From: Candidatus Iainarchaeum sp.
Lineage (GTDB): Archaea; Iainarchaeota; Iainarchaeia; Iainarchaeales; GCA-2688035
Length of the DNA: 64,000 nucleotides
Assembly (NCBI GenBank): GCA_017610205.1
Contig: JAFCCL010000004.1
Location: forward strand, 1 to 64,000
Direction of reading: 5' to 3'
A program made the position numbers and the translations under genes. The notes beneath the pieces were generated by a model. The model was given only the letters and a program-made list of their open reading frames with translations. It had not been told where the DNA came from and made no database searches. Below are positions 19,132-28,692 of the stretch, in pieces (positions within the stretch are counted from its first letter, which is position 1; each line of letters starts with the position of its first letter).

Positions 19132-19983
19132 TCATTGAACTGACTGCATCAAAGCACTGTTGTGAATTATTCTGTCAACGCCAATAGAGGAAAGTTCTTT
19201 TTCTGAAGGCATGTTTTTGTTTTCAAAAAACAATGCGTTTTCGGAAAGCAAAAGCTGGGTTGGAAATGATGCATTGCTTAGCCTGAAGCTGAATTTTTCA
19301 CACTCTTTTGAACAGGCAAAAACCCCAATCTTTTTGATGGTTGAAAGCTTTCCGCAGTTTGCCAAAAGGCAAAATCTTGTTGCAGAAATAAAAACAAACG
19401 GAAAGTAAAGCGATGCAGAAAATCCTGTTCCGGAAAGCTTTGTGCCAATGCCCTGCAAAAGGTTGTCAAGTTCAAACCTTTTTACTCCAAAGCCAGAAAG
19501 CAATTTTCTAAAATTAGGGTTGTCTGCCTGACTTAGTGAAAGATGTGAAAGAAGCTCTTTTGGCATTCCGGCAAAAGAAGAAATTCTCGGATCCCTAAAT
19601 TGCTTGTTTAAAAGACGCCCTGCAACAGGAATGGCTTTGTACTTTGCTGCTTTGAACAGCACTCCAAAATCGTTTGCAATTATTTCATCCTCAGGAGAAA
19701 GAATTAAAAAAACAGACTCAAGTTTTTTAAGACCTGCGTCTGTTACAAAAGGAGTAAGCAAGGAAAAGTAGGCATTGTTTTGTTCGCATAATTTTTTTGC
19801 CTTTTTCACTTTATCCAAAGAAGGAATTTTTCTTTCACATGTTTCGGCACCAAAATATATTCTTGAAAAGTCCTGTGAATTTGAAAAGTCTGTGGAATTT
19901 GAAAAGCTTGTGGAATTTGAAAATTCTGTGGAAAAATGTTTTTCAAGCTGTTTAAGGTTTTTAACTGCAAGCACGCGCTCCAT
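19132..19983 (-). CDS. U32-like (UbiV-type) Fe-S protein
   Basis: RIYFGAETC, LLTPFVTD, EII.ND.GV, GRLLNKQ.RDPR, R.ELDN, TRFC, C..EC; ATG at 19983 directly after the upstream U32 gene. Confidence 0.75.
   Translation of the reverse strand: MERVLAVKNLKQLEKHFSTEFSNSTSFSNSTDFSNSQDFSRIYFGAETCERKIPSLDKVKKAKKLCEQNNAYFSLLTPFVTDAGLKKLESVFLILSPEDEIIANDFGVLFKAAKYKAIPVAGRLLNKQFRDPRISSFAGMPKELLSHLSLSQADNPNFRKLLSGFGVKRFELDNLLQGIGTKLSGTGFSASLYFPFVFISATRFCLLANCGKLSTIKKIGVFACSKECEKFSFRLSNASFPTQLLLSENALFFENKNMPSEKELSSIGVDRIIHNSALMQSVQ
19864..19935. repeat. Four imperfect 18-bp tandem repeats in coding sequence
   Basis: Units TGAAAAGTCCTGTGAATT / TGAAAAGTCTGTGGAATT / TGAAAAGCTTGTGGAATT / TGAAAATTCTGTGGAAAA, encoding FSTEFSNSTSFSNSTDFSNSQDFS. 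Confidence 0.85.
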
Positions 19984-19984
19984 T

Positions 19985-20962
19985 TTACAACAGCCCCTTT
20001 TTGGCATAATAACAGTTTTTGAAATTACACCTTGCATGGTTTGACTTAAAAAAAAGTTTGTGCATTTCAGACCTGAATTCCTGTTCAGGAAGGCCAAGCA
20101 AGCTAATGGCATTGGCAACCATCTTTACATCTGCAAGTTTTTTTTCACTGCTATTGCCCCGTCCTGCAATCTTCAAACTGCCAATGCCTGCTTTTTTAAA
20201 AAATGGCAAGGCGCAAAGGCCACAGCTTTCAGGGAAAGTATTTTGCCAGGTTTTTGCGCGTAAAGCAGCAGACCTTTTGGCAGATTCGTTGGCATCTGAC
20301 AAAACCTCAACTTCAAAAGGCATTCTGCAGGCAAGTTCCTGCACTGAAACAGATTCAGGATTTTTTCCAACATGCTGCAAAGTACAAAGACCGTCAATGT
20401 AAGGGCAAAGGGCATTCAAAACAAATGCCTCAAGCTCAAGATTCAGTTCTTTTGCTTTTTTAGCAAGGAAGGAAATTTCTTCAACAGAAAGATGCCTTGG
20501 CAGCACAATTCTTTTGACTCCAAGCTGTTTGAAGAAAGAAAAGCTTGCAGAATTAAAAGCAGGAGCTGCAGTGCTCAAAGCAATTTCAGCATTTAAGTCA
20601 TTTTCATTGAAAAAAGAAATTAAGGCAGGGTCTGAAACAATAAGTTTTGAAACACCTGACTCAGCAACTTTTCTTGCATAGTCCAAAACAAGGGGAAACT
20701 GGTTTTGAGAATAAAACAGGGCATTGAAAACTGCAAAAACAGGAATATTATGGCCTGAAGCAAGGTCAACTGCTTTTGAAAGTTCTTTAAAGGACTGAAA
20801 ATTGGCAACTCTGTCATGCCTTAGGTTTATTGAGGCAATAAAAGAAAAGCGCTTTTCCCACTCCGCTGGCACAATTCCGCAATAAAATTCTTTTGCCCCT
20901 GCCTCTGCAAGCGGCAAAACGTCTGAAACTTTTGACAGAGGAGAAAGTATTTTCAAAGACAA
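19985..20962 (-). CDS. Peptidase U32 family (UbiU-type) Fe-S protein
   Basis: ILSP, GA.EFYCG, LIVSD, RIVLPRHLS, LEAFV...CP..DG.C, CGLC, SLKIAGRG. Confidence 0.9.
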   Translation of the reverse strand: MSLKILSPLSKVSDVLPLAEAGAKEFYCGIVPAEWEKRFSFIASINLRHDRVANFQSFKELSKAVDLASGHNIPVFAVFNALFYSQNQFPLVLDYARKVAESGVSKLIVSDPALISFFNENDLNAEIALSTAAPAFNSASFSFFKQLGVKRIVLPRHLSVEEISFLAKKAKELNLELEAFVLNALCPYIDGLCTLQHVGKNPESVSVQELACRMPFEVEVLSDANESAKRSAALRAKTWQNTFPESCGLCALPFFKKAGIGSLKIAGRGNSSEKKLADVKMVANAISLLGLPEQEFRSEMHKLFFKSNHARCNFKNCYYAKKGLL

Positions 20963-21020
20963 TCACTGCAAAAGAAATGACTAAAACTCCTTATAATCTT
21001 TTTTAAACAATAGAATTAAC

Positions 21021-22340
21021 ATGGAAAAGTTTGCAGGCATTGGAAAAAAAAAGCTTGAACTTATACATAACGCAGGCGTTAGAAAAAGCACAAGCCATGT
21101 ATTTGTATACAGGTATCCTGATTCCGACAATATGCCTGCAATGGATGCTGATAAATTCACATTTGACGCAAAAAAAGAAAGTAAAAAGGACAGGGAACTT
21201 GCATTTTACCTGCATATCCCATTTTGTACAAGTGTTTGCAGTTATTGCCACTACTATAAGCAACTGCCACCAGAAGAAAAACAAATTGAACAATACCTCA
21301 AAAGCCTTGAAAAAGAAATTAGCACATACAAAAAATTCATCGATGCAAAAATTGAGGCAAACAGCGTTTTGTTTGGAGGAGGAACACCAACCGTTCTAAA
21401 AGCAGGGCAATTAAATAGCCTTATGGAATTTTTGCAGGCTGCTTTTCCAATGCCAAAAAAAATAGAGGCAACAATTGAATCAAGCCCTGAAACTCTTGAC
21501 CTGGAAAAATTGGCAGAGTTAAGGCAATACTTTAACAGGCTTAGCATTGGAGTTCAGGATTTTGATGATGGTGTACTAAAAGCATGCAACAGAAATCATA
21601 ACAAAGAACAGGCTTTGAAGGCAGTTAAAGATGCAGGAAACGCAGGCTTTGAAAACATAAATATTGATATAATATACGGCTTGCCAGGGCAGGGAATTAA
21701 AGGATGGCAAAAGACCTTGGGAGAAATTGAAAAAATACAACCAGAGTCTGTTACAGCGTCTGATTTAAGAGTGCATAAGGGCACAGGATTTTTTGCAGAA
21801 GACAGGAACAGGTTTGCGTCAGAACTTGAACTTGTTGAAATGCACGGAATGTTTTTGGATAAAATGAATGGGTTGGGATACAAGCAACTGTTCCCATACC
21901 AGTTTGTAAAACAAGGAAAAGAGATGAAGTTTTTGGAAAACCAGTGGAACAACAATGAATTTTTAGGATTTGGAGCAAGCAGCTGCTCTTATTTTAACAA
22001 ATGGGATTACAACAATGTTTTTCCAACAGCAAAATATGTTGAAACAGTTAGTGAAAATGGTTTGGCATGCGCTGTTGGCAAAAAGCTTTCAAAAGAAGAG
22101 CAAAAAATAAGACATGCTGCTCTTGGATTAAAGAACTGTGAAGGAATTGACAAAGAAAAATTCAGACAAAGGTTTGGCACTGGTTTTGATGAGGAATTTG
22201 GCAAAATTGTTGAATTGCTTGAAGGGCTTGAGCTTGTTGAAAACAGTGAAAAAAACATTAAACTAAACAGGGACGGAATTTTGTTTTATGATTCTATTTC
22301 AAGGAAATTTTTTCCCAGACAAAATTCCAAATCAGGTTAG
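21021..22340 (+). CDS. HemN-like radical SAM protein
   Basis: YLHIPFCTSVCSYC, FGGGTPT, E..PE, RLSIGVQ.F, NIDIIYGLPGQ. Confidence 0.9.
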   Translation: MEKFAGIGKKKLELIHNAGVRKSTSHVFVYRYPDSDNMPAMDADKFTFDAKKESKKDRELAFYLHIPFCTSVCSYCHYYKQLPPEEKQIEQYLKSLEKEISTYKKFIDAKIEANSVLFGGGTPTVLKAGQLNSLMEFLQAAFPMPKKIEATIESSPETLDLEKLAELRQYFNRLSIGVQDFDDGVLKACNRNHNKEQALKAVKDAGNAGFENINIDIIYGLPGQGIKGWQKTLGEIEKIQPESVTASDLRVHKGTGFFAEDRNRFASELELVEMHGMFLDKMNGLGYKQLFPYQFVKQGKEMKFLENQWNNNEFLGFGASSCSYFNKWDYNNVFPTAKYVETVSENGLACAVGKKLSKEEQKIRHAALGLKNCEGIDKEKFRQRFGTGFDEEFGKIVELLEGLELVENSEKNIKLNRDGILFYDSISRKFFPRQNSKSG

Positions 22341-24332
22341 GCTCTCAATTGTAATTTCCTTTATTTCACTATTGCTTGAATTGAAAAACTTTACGCGGTG
22401 ATATTCCATGTCGGTAACGACAACAACTTCTTCGTTAGATGCTATTTCAAGCAGGCTTAGTTCCTGTGAAGAGGAACCAAAGTCGCCAAAGGTTGAAAAT
22501 TCATTTGCTGAAAGGCCAAGGGCAACAACTGTTCTGTTTCTATTGTCACAAAACAATAGCCTTTCATTGTTAATGCCCAAACTTTCGTTGAATTCAACAT
22601 GTGCACCAACCTTGGGGTCTATGCCTCCAATGCTTTCAATTTTTCTTAGGTTCAAGTCAAAAATTTCAATTGTTTTTTCAAGGTCGTCAGTAATGTAAAT
22701 TTTTCCGTTTTTTGCAAGAATGCCTAGTGGAAGGGTTATGCCCTGTTCTGCCCCTATTTCTCCAATAAGATCGTTGTCTGAATTAAAAATCAGAATATTT
22801 TTGTATTTGTCGTCAACAACATAAACTTTTCCGTCTTCTGAAACACTTATTCCAAGCGGCCAAATCAACTTGTTGTTTGTAATTGTTTTAAGGTATTTGT
22901 AATCGTTTGAAAAGACCTGAACACGCCTGTTTCCTGAGTCGGAAACATATAGGCGGCCATCATAGTCAAAGGCAAGCCCTTTGGGAGTGTTTAACTCGTT
23001 GTTTCCAAAGCCCTTTCCTCCAAGCACTTTCTTTAGTTCAAAATCAGAATCAAGAATAAAGACCTTGCAATTTATCGGGTCTGACAGGGCAATGTCGCCA
23101 TTGGGACTGATTGCAGGATAAAACGGGGCAAAGGACACATTGAATGTTCTGTCAAGACCTTTAATGGATTTTACAAAATTAAGGCCTTGGTCAAAAACCT
23201 GAACACGGGAATTTCCTTCTTCAACAACATAAATATTTTCTTGCGAGTCAAGCTTTACTGTTGCAAGATTATAAAACTGATTTTGGGCTGTTCCAAGCCC
23301 GCCAATTTCTTCAATTAACACCCCGTCAGAAGCAAGGACTTTGAGCTTGCTGTCACCATTGTCAAGCACAAACATTTTTCCAGCAGATGAAACAGCTATC
23401 CCGACAGGAATTAGCAAATTTCCAGTTATGCTTTTCAAGAAATTCAATTCTGAATCAAAAACCTGTATTCTGCCATTGGCACTGTCTGCAACAAACACAT
23501 TACCAGTTGGACCAATGGCAATTTGCCGCGGCATATTTAAACTTACACTTCCTTCCTCAGGCTCTATTGCATTCAACAAGTTTAATTCTGAATCAAAGAG
23601 GGCTATTGCATTACTTACTTCATCTGACACATAAATATTTCCATTTGTGGCAACAGCAATTGAACTTGTGCCACCATCTGCATTCGGAGTGTCTTCAAGC
23701 TTTGGAAGGTTTTCAATTGCTTGATCTGAAAAGCGCAGGGTTTTTTCATACTCCAAATCTTTGCTTAAAACCTGAATTCTTTTTGCCCTGTCTAAAACAT
23801 AAATTTTGTTGTTTGCAACATATATTGAGGCAGGAAAAAGCAGTTGGTTGTCTCCAGTGCCGCCGCTTATATAGCCAAAGCCTCCGTTTGGAAGTTCACC
23901 CATGTCTTCGCCAAAATTTGAGATATGATTAAATTCGCTGTCATAAGCCATTAGCCTGTGCCTCATCTCGTCAATAACATAAATTCTGTCACCAGCAGTG
24001 TCTGGAGCAATGTCCGAAATAGAGGTTGGCAGAACATAAGCCGGGTCGATGTAAGGCAACGGTGGCTCTGAGCAGATAGCAGAACAAGTGCCTCCGCAGT
24101 CAATTCCTTCCTCTCCTGCATCCTGTACGCCGTTTAAGCAGAGGTCTACTGGAGGGGGAAGAGGCTCAGTTGGAGTGGAAAAAAGAAAAAATGCGGCGAT
24201 TGCAATAATTACAACAACAATAATTGCTGCAAACAGAGTTTGGTTTCTTTTTTGTTTTGAATCAATATTCTTCAGAACAGTGTTTATTCCCTGAATTTCT
24301 TTCTGCGTGGGTTCATTAACCAAAAAGGACAC
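22332..24332 (-). CDS. Membrane-anchored NHL-repeat beta-propeller protein
   Basis: N-terminal TM, CLNGVQDAGEEGIDCGGTC motif, many P.GIA.....G.IYV.D..N.RVQVF repeats. Confidence 0.9.
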   Translation of the reverse strand: MSFLVNEPTQKEIQGINTVLKNIDSKQKRNQTLFAAIIVVVIIAIAAFFLFSTPTEPLPPPVDLCLNGVQDAGEEGIDCGGTCSAICSEPPLPYIDPAYVLPTSISDIAPDTAGDRIYVIDEMRHRLMAYDSEFNHISNFGEDMGELPNGGFGYISGGTGDNQLLFPASIYVANNKIYVLDRAKRIQVLSKDLEYEKTLRFSDQAIENLPKLEDTPNADGGTSSIAVATNGNIYVSDEVSNAIALFDSELNLLNAIEPEEGSVSLNMPRQIAIGPTGNVFVADSANGRIQVFDSELNFLKSITGNLLIPVGIAVSSAGKMFVLDNGDSKLKVLASDGVLIEEIGGLGTAQNQFYNLATVKLDSQENIYVVEEGNSRVQVFDQGLNFVKSIKGLDRTFNVSFAPFYPAISPNGDIALSDPINCKVFILDSDFELKKVLGGKGFGNNELNTPKGLAFDYDGRLYVSDSGNRRVQVFSNDYKYLKTITNNKLIWPLGISVSEDGKVYVVDDKYKNILIFNSDNDLIGEIGAEQGITLPLGILAKNGKIYITDDLEKTIEIFDLNLRKIESIGGIDPKVGAHVEFNESLGINNERLLFCDNRNRTVVALGLSANEFSTFGDFGSSSQELSLLEIASNEEVVVVTDMEYHRVKFFNSSNSEIKEITIESLT

Positions 24333-24369
24333 TCCTACAAAATAATCTAATATAAGAAAGGGATTTGCC

Positions 24370-25350
24370 CTATTTATTTATTTCGTTGGGGAAAAGATCT
24401 GGCTTTGCAAGAGGGTCAAGAGCATAAAGTGACTTATTTACAAGAAACGCGGAAAACCTGCTGCCAGCCATGCATTTCAATACATATTTGCATTTGTGGC
24501 AAACTTCAGGAATAAATTCAAGGGAATTCATTCTAACCACAAAATCACTTTTCCAGGCATCCAAAAAACTGTCATTCGATGCATTTCCAAGATTTATGTC
24601 AAAAAAATAGCTTGGTTTTATTGTTGCATTTGTGTCAACAAACAAACTGCTGTGACCGTCTTCATGAATTCCCCCAAGCGCGATTTTGTCAACCCTTTCA
24701 GGTTCAAAACAGCAGAATGGCAGGGCATTTTCAATCAAAAACCAGTCCTTTTTTTTTCTTGAAGAATTAAACAACTCAATTTTTTCAACAGCAGTGCGCA
24801 TGTCATTTCCTGAAACAGGATTTTTGTTCAAAGCATTTGGAATCTGCCTAAGCAAAACCCATTGCGAAAAAGGAAGTGGCGAAATTTCCTGCTGGAATTT
24901 TTTAAGAGAGGCAATGTTTTCTTTTGTAAGAATTGTTGCAGCCCTTACAAAGCAGCCTTGCTTTTCAAGAACTTTTACTGAAGATTTTGCTATTTTTTGA
25001 AAGGGAAGAGAGTGAAGTGAAACAAGAACATTGTCAGCATTTCCTCCAATTTCTTTTGCTTTTTTTTCGTCAAAAAGGGAAGCGTTTGTATTTAACATTG
25101 TGTAAATTCCTTTCTTTTTTGCAAAGGAAAGAATTTCCGAAAGCTTTGAATAAAGCAGGGGCTCGCCGCCCGTAAACCTTATTCTTTCAATTCCATCAGA
25201 CGCAGCGTTGGAAATTATTTTCTTTGCGTCTTCAAATGGAAGTTCTCTGGAAAAAGATTGATTGCTTTGGCTGTTGAAACAAAAACTGCAGTTATAATTG
25301 CATTTTTCTGTAAGCTGAATCTTTATTTCAAGAGGCTTTTTGTAGCCCAT
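24370..25350 (-). CDS. Radical SAM protein with SPASM/twitch-like C-terminus
   Basis: CNYNCSFC, FTGGEPLL, LNTNA, PFCC, CHKCKYVLKCMAG. Confidence 0.9.
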   Translation of the reverse strand: MGYKKPLEIKIQLTEKCNYNCSFCFNSQSNQSFSRELPFEDAKKIISNAASDGIERIRFTGGEPLLYSKLSEILSFAKKKGIYTMLNTNASLFDEKKAKEIGGNADNVLVSLHSLPFQKIAKSSVKVLEKQGCFVRAATILTKENIASLKKFQQEISPLPFSQWVLLRQIPNALNKNPVSGNDMRTAVEKIELFNSSRKKKDWFLIENALPFCCFEPERVDKIALGGIHEDGHSSLFVDTNATIKPSYFFDINLGNASNDSFLDAWKSDFVVRMNSLEFIPEVCHKCKYVLKCMAGSRFSAFLVNKSLYALDPLAKPDLFPNEINK

Positions 25351-25501
25351 AGGAAAAGAAAAGTGTTGAAATTAATAAAAAGCAATTGCTGGTATTGAAA
25401 TGGATTAAAATTAGCTGCTGTGTGCTGTTGTCAAAATGGATTAAAAGTAAAAATTCAATCTCTGTTTGCCTGCAGTCTCTTACTGTAATAAGTCACTTTC
25501 T

Positions 25502-26293
25502 TTATTCCATCCCGGTTGGAACAGACAGGACTTCACGATTATAGCCTCTTTTTTCTGGAAGGGTCTTATAAAGAGCTTGCTTTGTATCAGCTTTAATCTT
25601 TACTTCTTCGCGATTGAAATAATGGTCGGTACTTGAAAGCCATGCAATTCTTTCAAAGCCAAGGCGTCTGCATTGTTTTTCAACTTCTGCAATCCAGCGA
25701 TTGTGCCAGCCTTTATATCTTCTCCTGATTTGTTTAGGAAGTTGATAGTATTCTGTTCTGATTTTTATTGAATGAATGAAAAAGGTAGGTTTTGTTTCTG
25801 TTCCAACAAAACTAATTGTGCCGCCAATATTCCCAAGAGAGTTCGCTTCAACTGTTACAAAGTCTGACGGAAACCCAATCTTTTGAAGACTTTCAAGAGC
25901 CTTGAATTTTTTAAGCTCTGTCTTCGAGGGGTAAGCCATAAACCTTATTGGCAAACCAATCCTTTTTTCAAAACCGAGAATGAAGTCAGCAGGGCGATAT
26001 ATGGAAATAGGCTCAGCCTTATTCTTTAGGGTGTATTCCACCCACCAAAGGCTTTTGTAACCGAGTACTGGCTTAAAGCTCATTTGTACTGGACCATTCT
26101 TTTTATTTTCACCCCATTGAGCTAACCTGCCTTTAAATCCATGCAAGGCTCTCAAGGCAACAGGCATTCTTCTTGTCATAACACGTTGGAATCTTTGAGG
26201 TAATTGTTTAATCATGACTTTTTGTTTTTCTAAAGAGGTTTTTAGTTTTTGATTCCAAAGTCGGGAGGGCTTTGCTTTCCTAGCATTTGCCAT
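25502..26293 (-). CDS. Hypothetical basic protein
   Basis: 263-aa ORF with no recognisable motif; weak GNAT-like C-terminus (LY...PEKRGY). Confidence 0.65.
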   Translation of the reverse strand: MANARKAKPSRLWNQKLKTSLEKQKVMIKQLPQRFQRVMTRRMPVALRALHGFKGRLAQWGENKKNGPVQMSFKPVLGYKSLWWVEYTLKNKAEPISIYRPADFILGFEKRIGLPIRFMAYPSKTELKKFKALESLQKIGFPSDFVTVEANSLGNIGGTISFVGTETKPTFFIHSIKIRTEYYQLPKQIRRRYKGWHNRWIAEVEKQCRRLGFERIAWLSSTDHYFNREEVKIKADTKQALYKTLPEKRGYNREVLSVPTGME

Positions 26294-26339
26294 ATCTTAA
26301 TTAGCTGCAAGAAAATTAATAAAATGTTCCAACTGGACA

Positions 26340-26561
26340 CTAATAGCTGCCGTGGGAACTGTGTTCATATACTGGCTTGGCAGACATGTGAGCGTGAGTA
26401 TGCAGGGTTTCAGCAGAAGCGCTTTTGATTTTTACAGTGGCAAGAGCTGCACCAACCATTATTGCTCCAAGAGTAAGCACTGTTTGCTTTGTTATTCTAC
26501 CATTTTCCTCACTGATATAGGAGGAAATTGTTTTCTTTATTTCAGGAATTTTGCTGACCAT
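26340..26561 (-). CDS. hxsA: His-Xaa-Ser repeat precursor peptide (HxsA-like), 73 aa
   Basis: MVSKIPEIKKTISSYISEENGRITKQTVLTLGAIMVGAALATVKIKSASAETLHTHAHMSAKPVYEHSSHGSY; HxS triplets HMS, HSS, HGS; starts 31 bp after the hxsB stop. Confidence 0.85.
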   Translation of the reverse strand: MVSKIPEIKKTISSYISEENGRITKQTVLTLGAIMVGAALATVKIKSASAETLHTHAHMSAKPVYEHSSHGSY

Positions 26562-26592
26562 AAATTCGTATAGTAATAGCAAGTCCTTGTTT

Positions 26593-27990
26593 TTAATTGT
26601 TTTCTTCAAGCCATTTGAGCAGGATTTCTCTGTCTTTTCCAAAAAGCTTTTCAAGAATGAGCGAAAACTGGGCCTTTTTTGTTTTGCACTCCTGGTCAAG
26701 TGCAAGCATTGGCACAAGGCTTCCCTGAGTACAATAGGTGAGAACAGGGCAAAACCTGCAAAACCCAGTGAATTTGCATTCATTGCAGGCAAATCCAAGA
26801 GAGGAAGAAAGTGAAACAATGTTTAGGGCTTCTTTGGAAGTAAACACCTGCTTGTAGGATTGTTCAACAGTGCCTATTTTGAACAAGGATACTGCCTTTG
26901 CCTCGTCACAGGTAAAAATATCACCGTTTGGCTGGTAACTGCACTGCATTAGTGCTGCACCACACGGCTTTGAAAAGCAGGTGTGATAGTTTGGTTCAAC
27001 CCTGTTCATTTTGCCAAGATTCAAAACAGTAAACTGTTCACTTATTGGCTTTCCTTCCCTGGTTTTTTTAATGCAGTAATCAAGTGTTTTGCTCCAAAAA
27101 TCAATATATTCACTTCCCGAATAGCCAATCTTTTCCCAGTTCTTTCCGGCAAGGCCTATTTTTCTCAAAGGAACAGGGGTAATGTCTGAAAAGCCAAGTT
27201 CAAGGTAGGTGTCAACAATTTCTTCTGAAAAAGGAAGGCTGTTTTTTGTTACAGTACACAAAGCACCCAATCTTTTGAAGCCATAATCCTGCTTTAAGCA
27301 ATTAATCCACTGAACAACTTTGTCAAAACTGCTCCCCTTAGACCACGGCCTGTTTTTGTCGTGCAATTTCTTTGGACCGTCAATTGAAGTGCAGACATCA
27401 AAAATTTGGTTTTTTTGAAGAAATGAAGCAATTGTTTCATCCATCAGGGTTAAATTTGATACAACGCGCCAGTGGACTTTCTTTCCTTTCTTGGTTTTTG
27501 CATAATTGACAATTGATTCTATTATTGGAAAGTTTGCAAGAGGTTCTCCTCCCTGAAATTCAATTGTAATTTCTTTTCTCGGGCTTTGCCAGGCAAAATC
27601 AATAATTTTTTTTGCGGTTTCTTCACCCATATCAAAGCCAGTTGAATCCAAACCAGAACTGTTTGCATAACAGTAAAGGCAGTTTTGATTGCACCTCATT
27701 GTAGGGTTAACAATGTGCAACGAAACCCCTTCGCAGACATGGCTATATCTTATTTTGTAATCATCCACTGCCAACTGCCTGTTTTGTTCGGTGATAATGA
27801 TATGGCTTTGTTCAAGTTTTTTAAAAAGTGCCCTGTCAAACTTTTGCTTTTGAAAGGCAGCAAATTCATTTTTGTTAAGGCGGGCAATTCTTCCAAGAGA
27901 AGTGATAAGCAAAACCCGCCCGTCATTTAATCGGTGAACAAAATATTTGTTGAATTCAAATTTTGGCAAGGCTTCAGGCATGCTCTCCAA
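26593..27990 (-). CDS. hxsB: His-Xaa-Ser system radical SAM maturase HxsB
   Basis: SLHIV.PT.RCNQNCLYC, IEFQGGEPL.NF, TSIDGP..LHD.NR, PCGA...Q..Y..NGDIFTCDE, C..C.F..FC..CPV. Confidence 0.9.
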   Translation of the reverse strand: MESMPEALPKFEFNKYFVHRLNDGRVLLITSLGRIARLNKNEFAAFQKQKFDRALFKKLEQSHIIITEQNRQLAVDDYKIRYSHVCEGVSLHIVNPTMRCNQNCLYCYANSSGLDSTGFDMGEETAKKIIDFAWQSPRKEITIEFQGGEPLANFPIIESIVNYAKTKKGKKVHWRVVSNLTLMDETIASFLQKNQIFDVCTSIDGPKKLHDKNRPWSKGSSFDKVVQWINCLKQDYGFKRLGALCTVTKNSLPFSEEIVDTYLELGFSDITPVPLRKIGLAGKNWEKIGYSGSEYIDFWSKTLDYCIKKTREGKPISEQFTVLNLGKMNRVEPNYHTCFSKPCGAALMQCSYQPNGDIFTCDEAKAVSLFKIGTVEQSYKQVFTSKEALNIVSLSSSLGFACNECKFTGFCRFCPVLTYCTQGSLVPMLALDQECKTKKAQFSLILEKLFGKDREILLKWLEENN

Positions 27991-28231
27991 GCTCCCTTTT
28001 TAGGCCAAGGGCAAAATTGCAAAAATGCAGTGCCATGGGTTCTGCCTCTTTGTCCTCTTTTGGAGCAAGGCTTACAATTACCCGGCCTTGGACTTCACGA
28101 ACAGATACTTCTGCAATATTGTTAAATTTTGATGCAGCCTGCTGAACCAGGTGTAGCGGATAAAAAAATCTGTTCAGGTCAATTGTTGCCAAATTCTTTT
28201 CTGAATCAAAAGTTATCTGATACATTTTCAA
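27974..28231 (-). CDS. HxsD-like small protein
   Basis: FYPL..VQ.AA..F...AEV, FCNFAL; same pattern as the upstream HxsD; overlaps the hxsB start. Confidence 0.7.
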   Translation of the reverse strand: MKMYQITFDSEKNLATIDLNRFFYPLHLVQQAASKFNNIAEVSVREVQGRVIVSLAPKEDKEAEPMALHFCNFALGLKRELGEHA

Positions 28232-28286
28232 TCACTTTGTTGAATTTCCAAATTTTTTACTTTATCAATTTTTATCTGATACATTT

Positions 28287-28613
28287 TCAATCACTTTGCA
28301 CATGCCCTGCAAACGCGTCTTTTATCAGTTCTGCCCTGAGTTTTTCTGTTTTTTTGCTTTCAGCAGTATTTACTGCGTAATTGAGAAGCTGGTCGTTAAA
28401 ATTTCTTGCAATTGTTTCAAGCTTTTGCCCTGCTCTTGGCCTTAGTGAAACAACAATTTCTGTTTGGGGATCACCGTCAACAACAACAAAGGCCTGATCT
28501 ATCATAAGGTAAGAAGCTGAAAAAATCACGTTTAAGGAATAGACCTTTGGATTAACGGAAACAAGAACAATGTTTTGGCTTTTGTCCAATTCAAAATTAT
28601 CAATCGTAGTCAT
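28287..28613 (-). CDS. hxsD: His-Xaa-Ser system protein HxsD
   Basis: VNPKVYSL.VI.SASY...D.A.V..DGDP, F.DQLLNY, R..LI..A. Confidence 0.82.
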   Translation of the reverse strand: MTTIDNFELDKSQNIVLVSVNPKVYSLNVIFSASYLMIDQAFVVVDGDPQTEIVVSLRPRAGQKLETIARNFNDQLLNYAVNTAESKKTEKLRAELIKDAFAGHVQSD

Positions 28614-28692
28614 TGAAAACTCCTAAAAAAAAGAGGCGAAGAAGTCTATTTAAACAAATCTAAAAAAAACAAAAACAGGGCGGTAAAAAAAT

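Noticed and set aside
26562-26819. 159-aa ORF upstream extension of the precursor
   Set aside because: Overlaps hxsB out of frame; ATG 26561 after the hxsB stop is the plausible start
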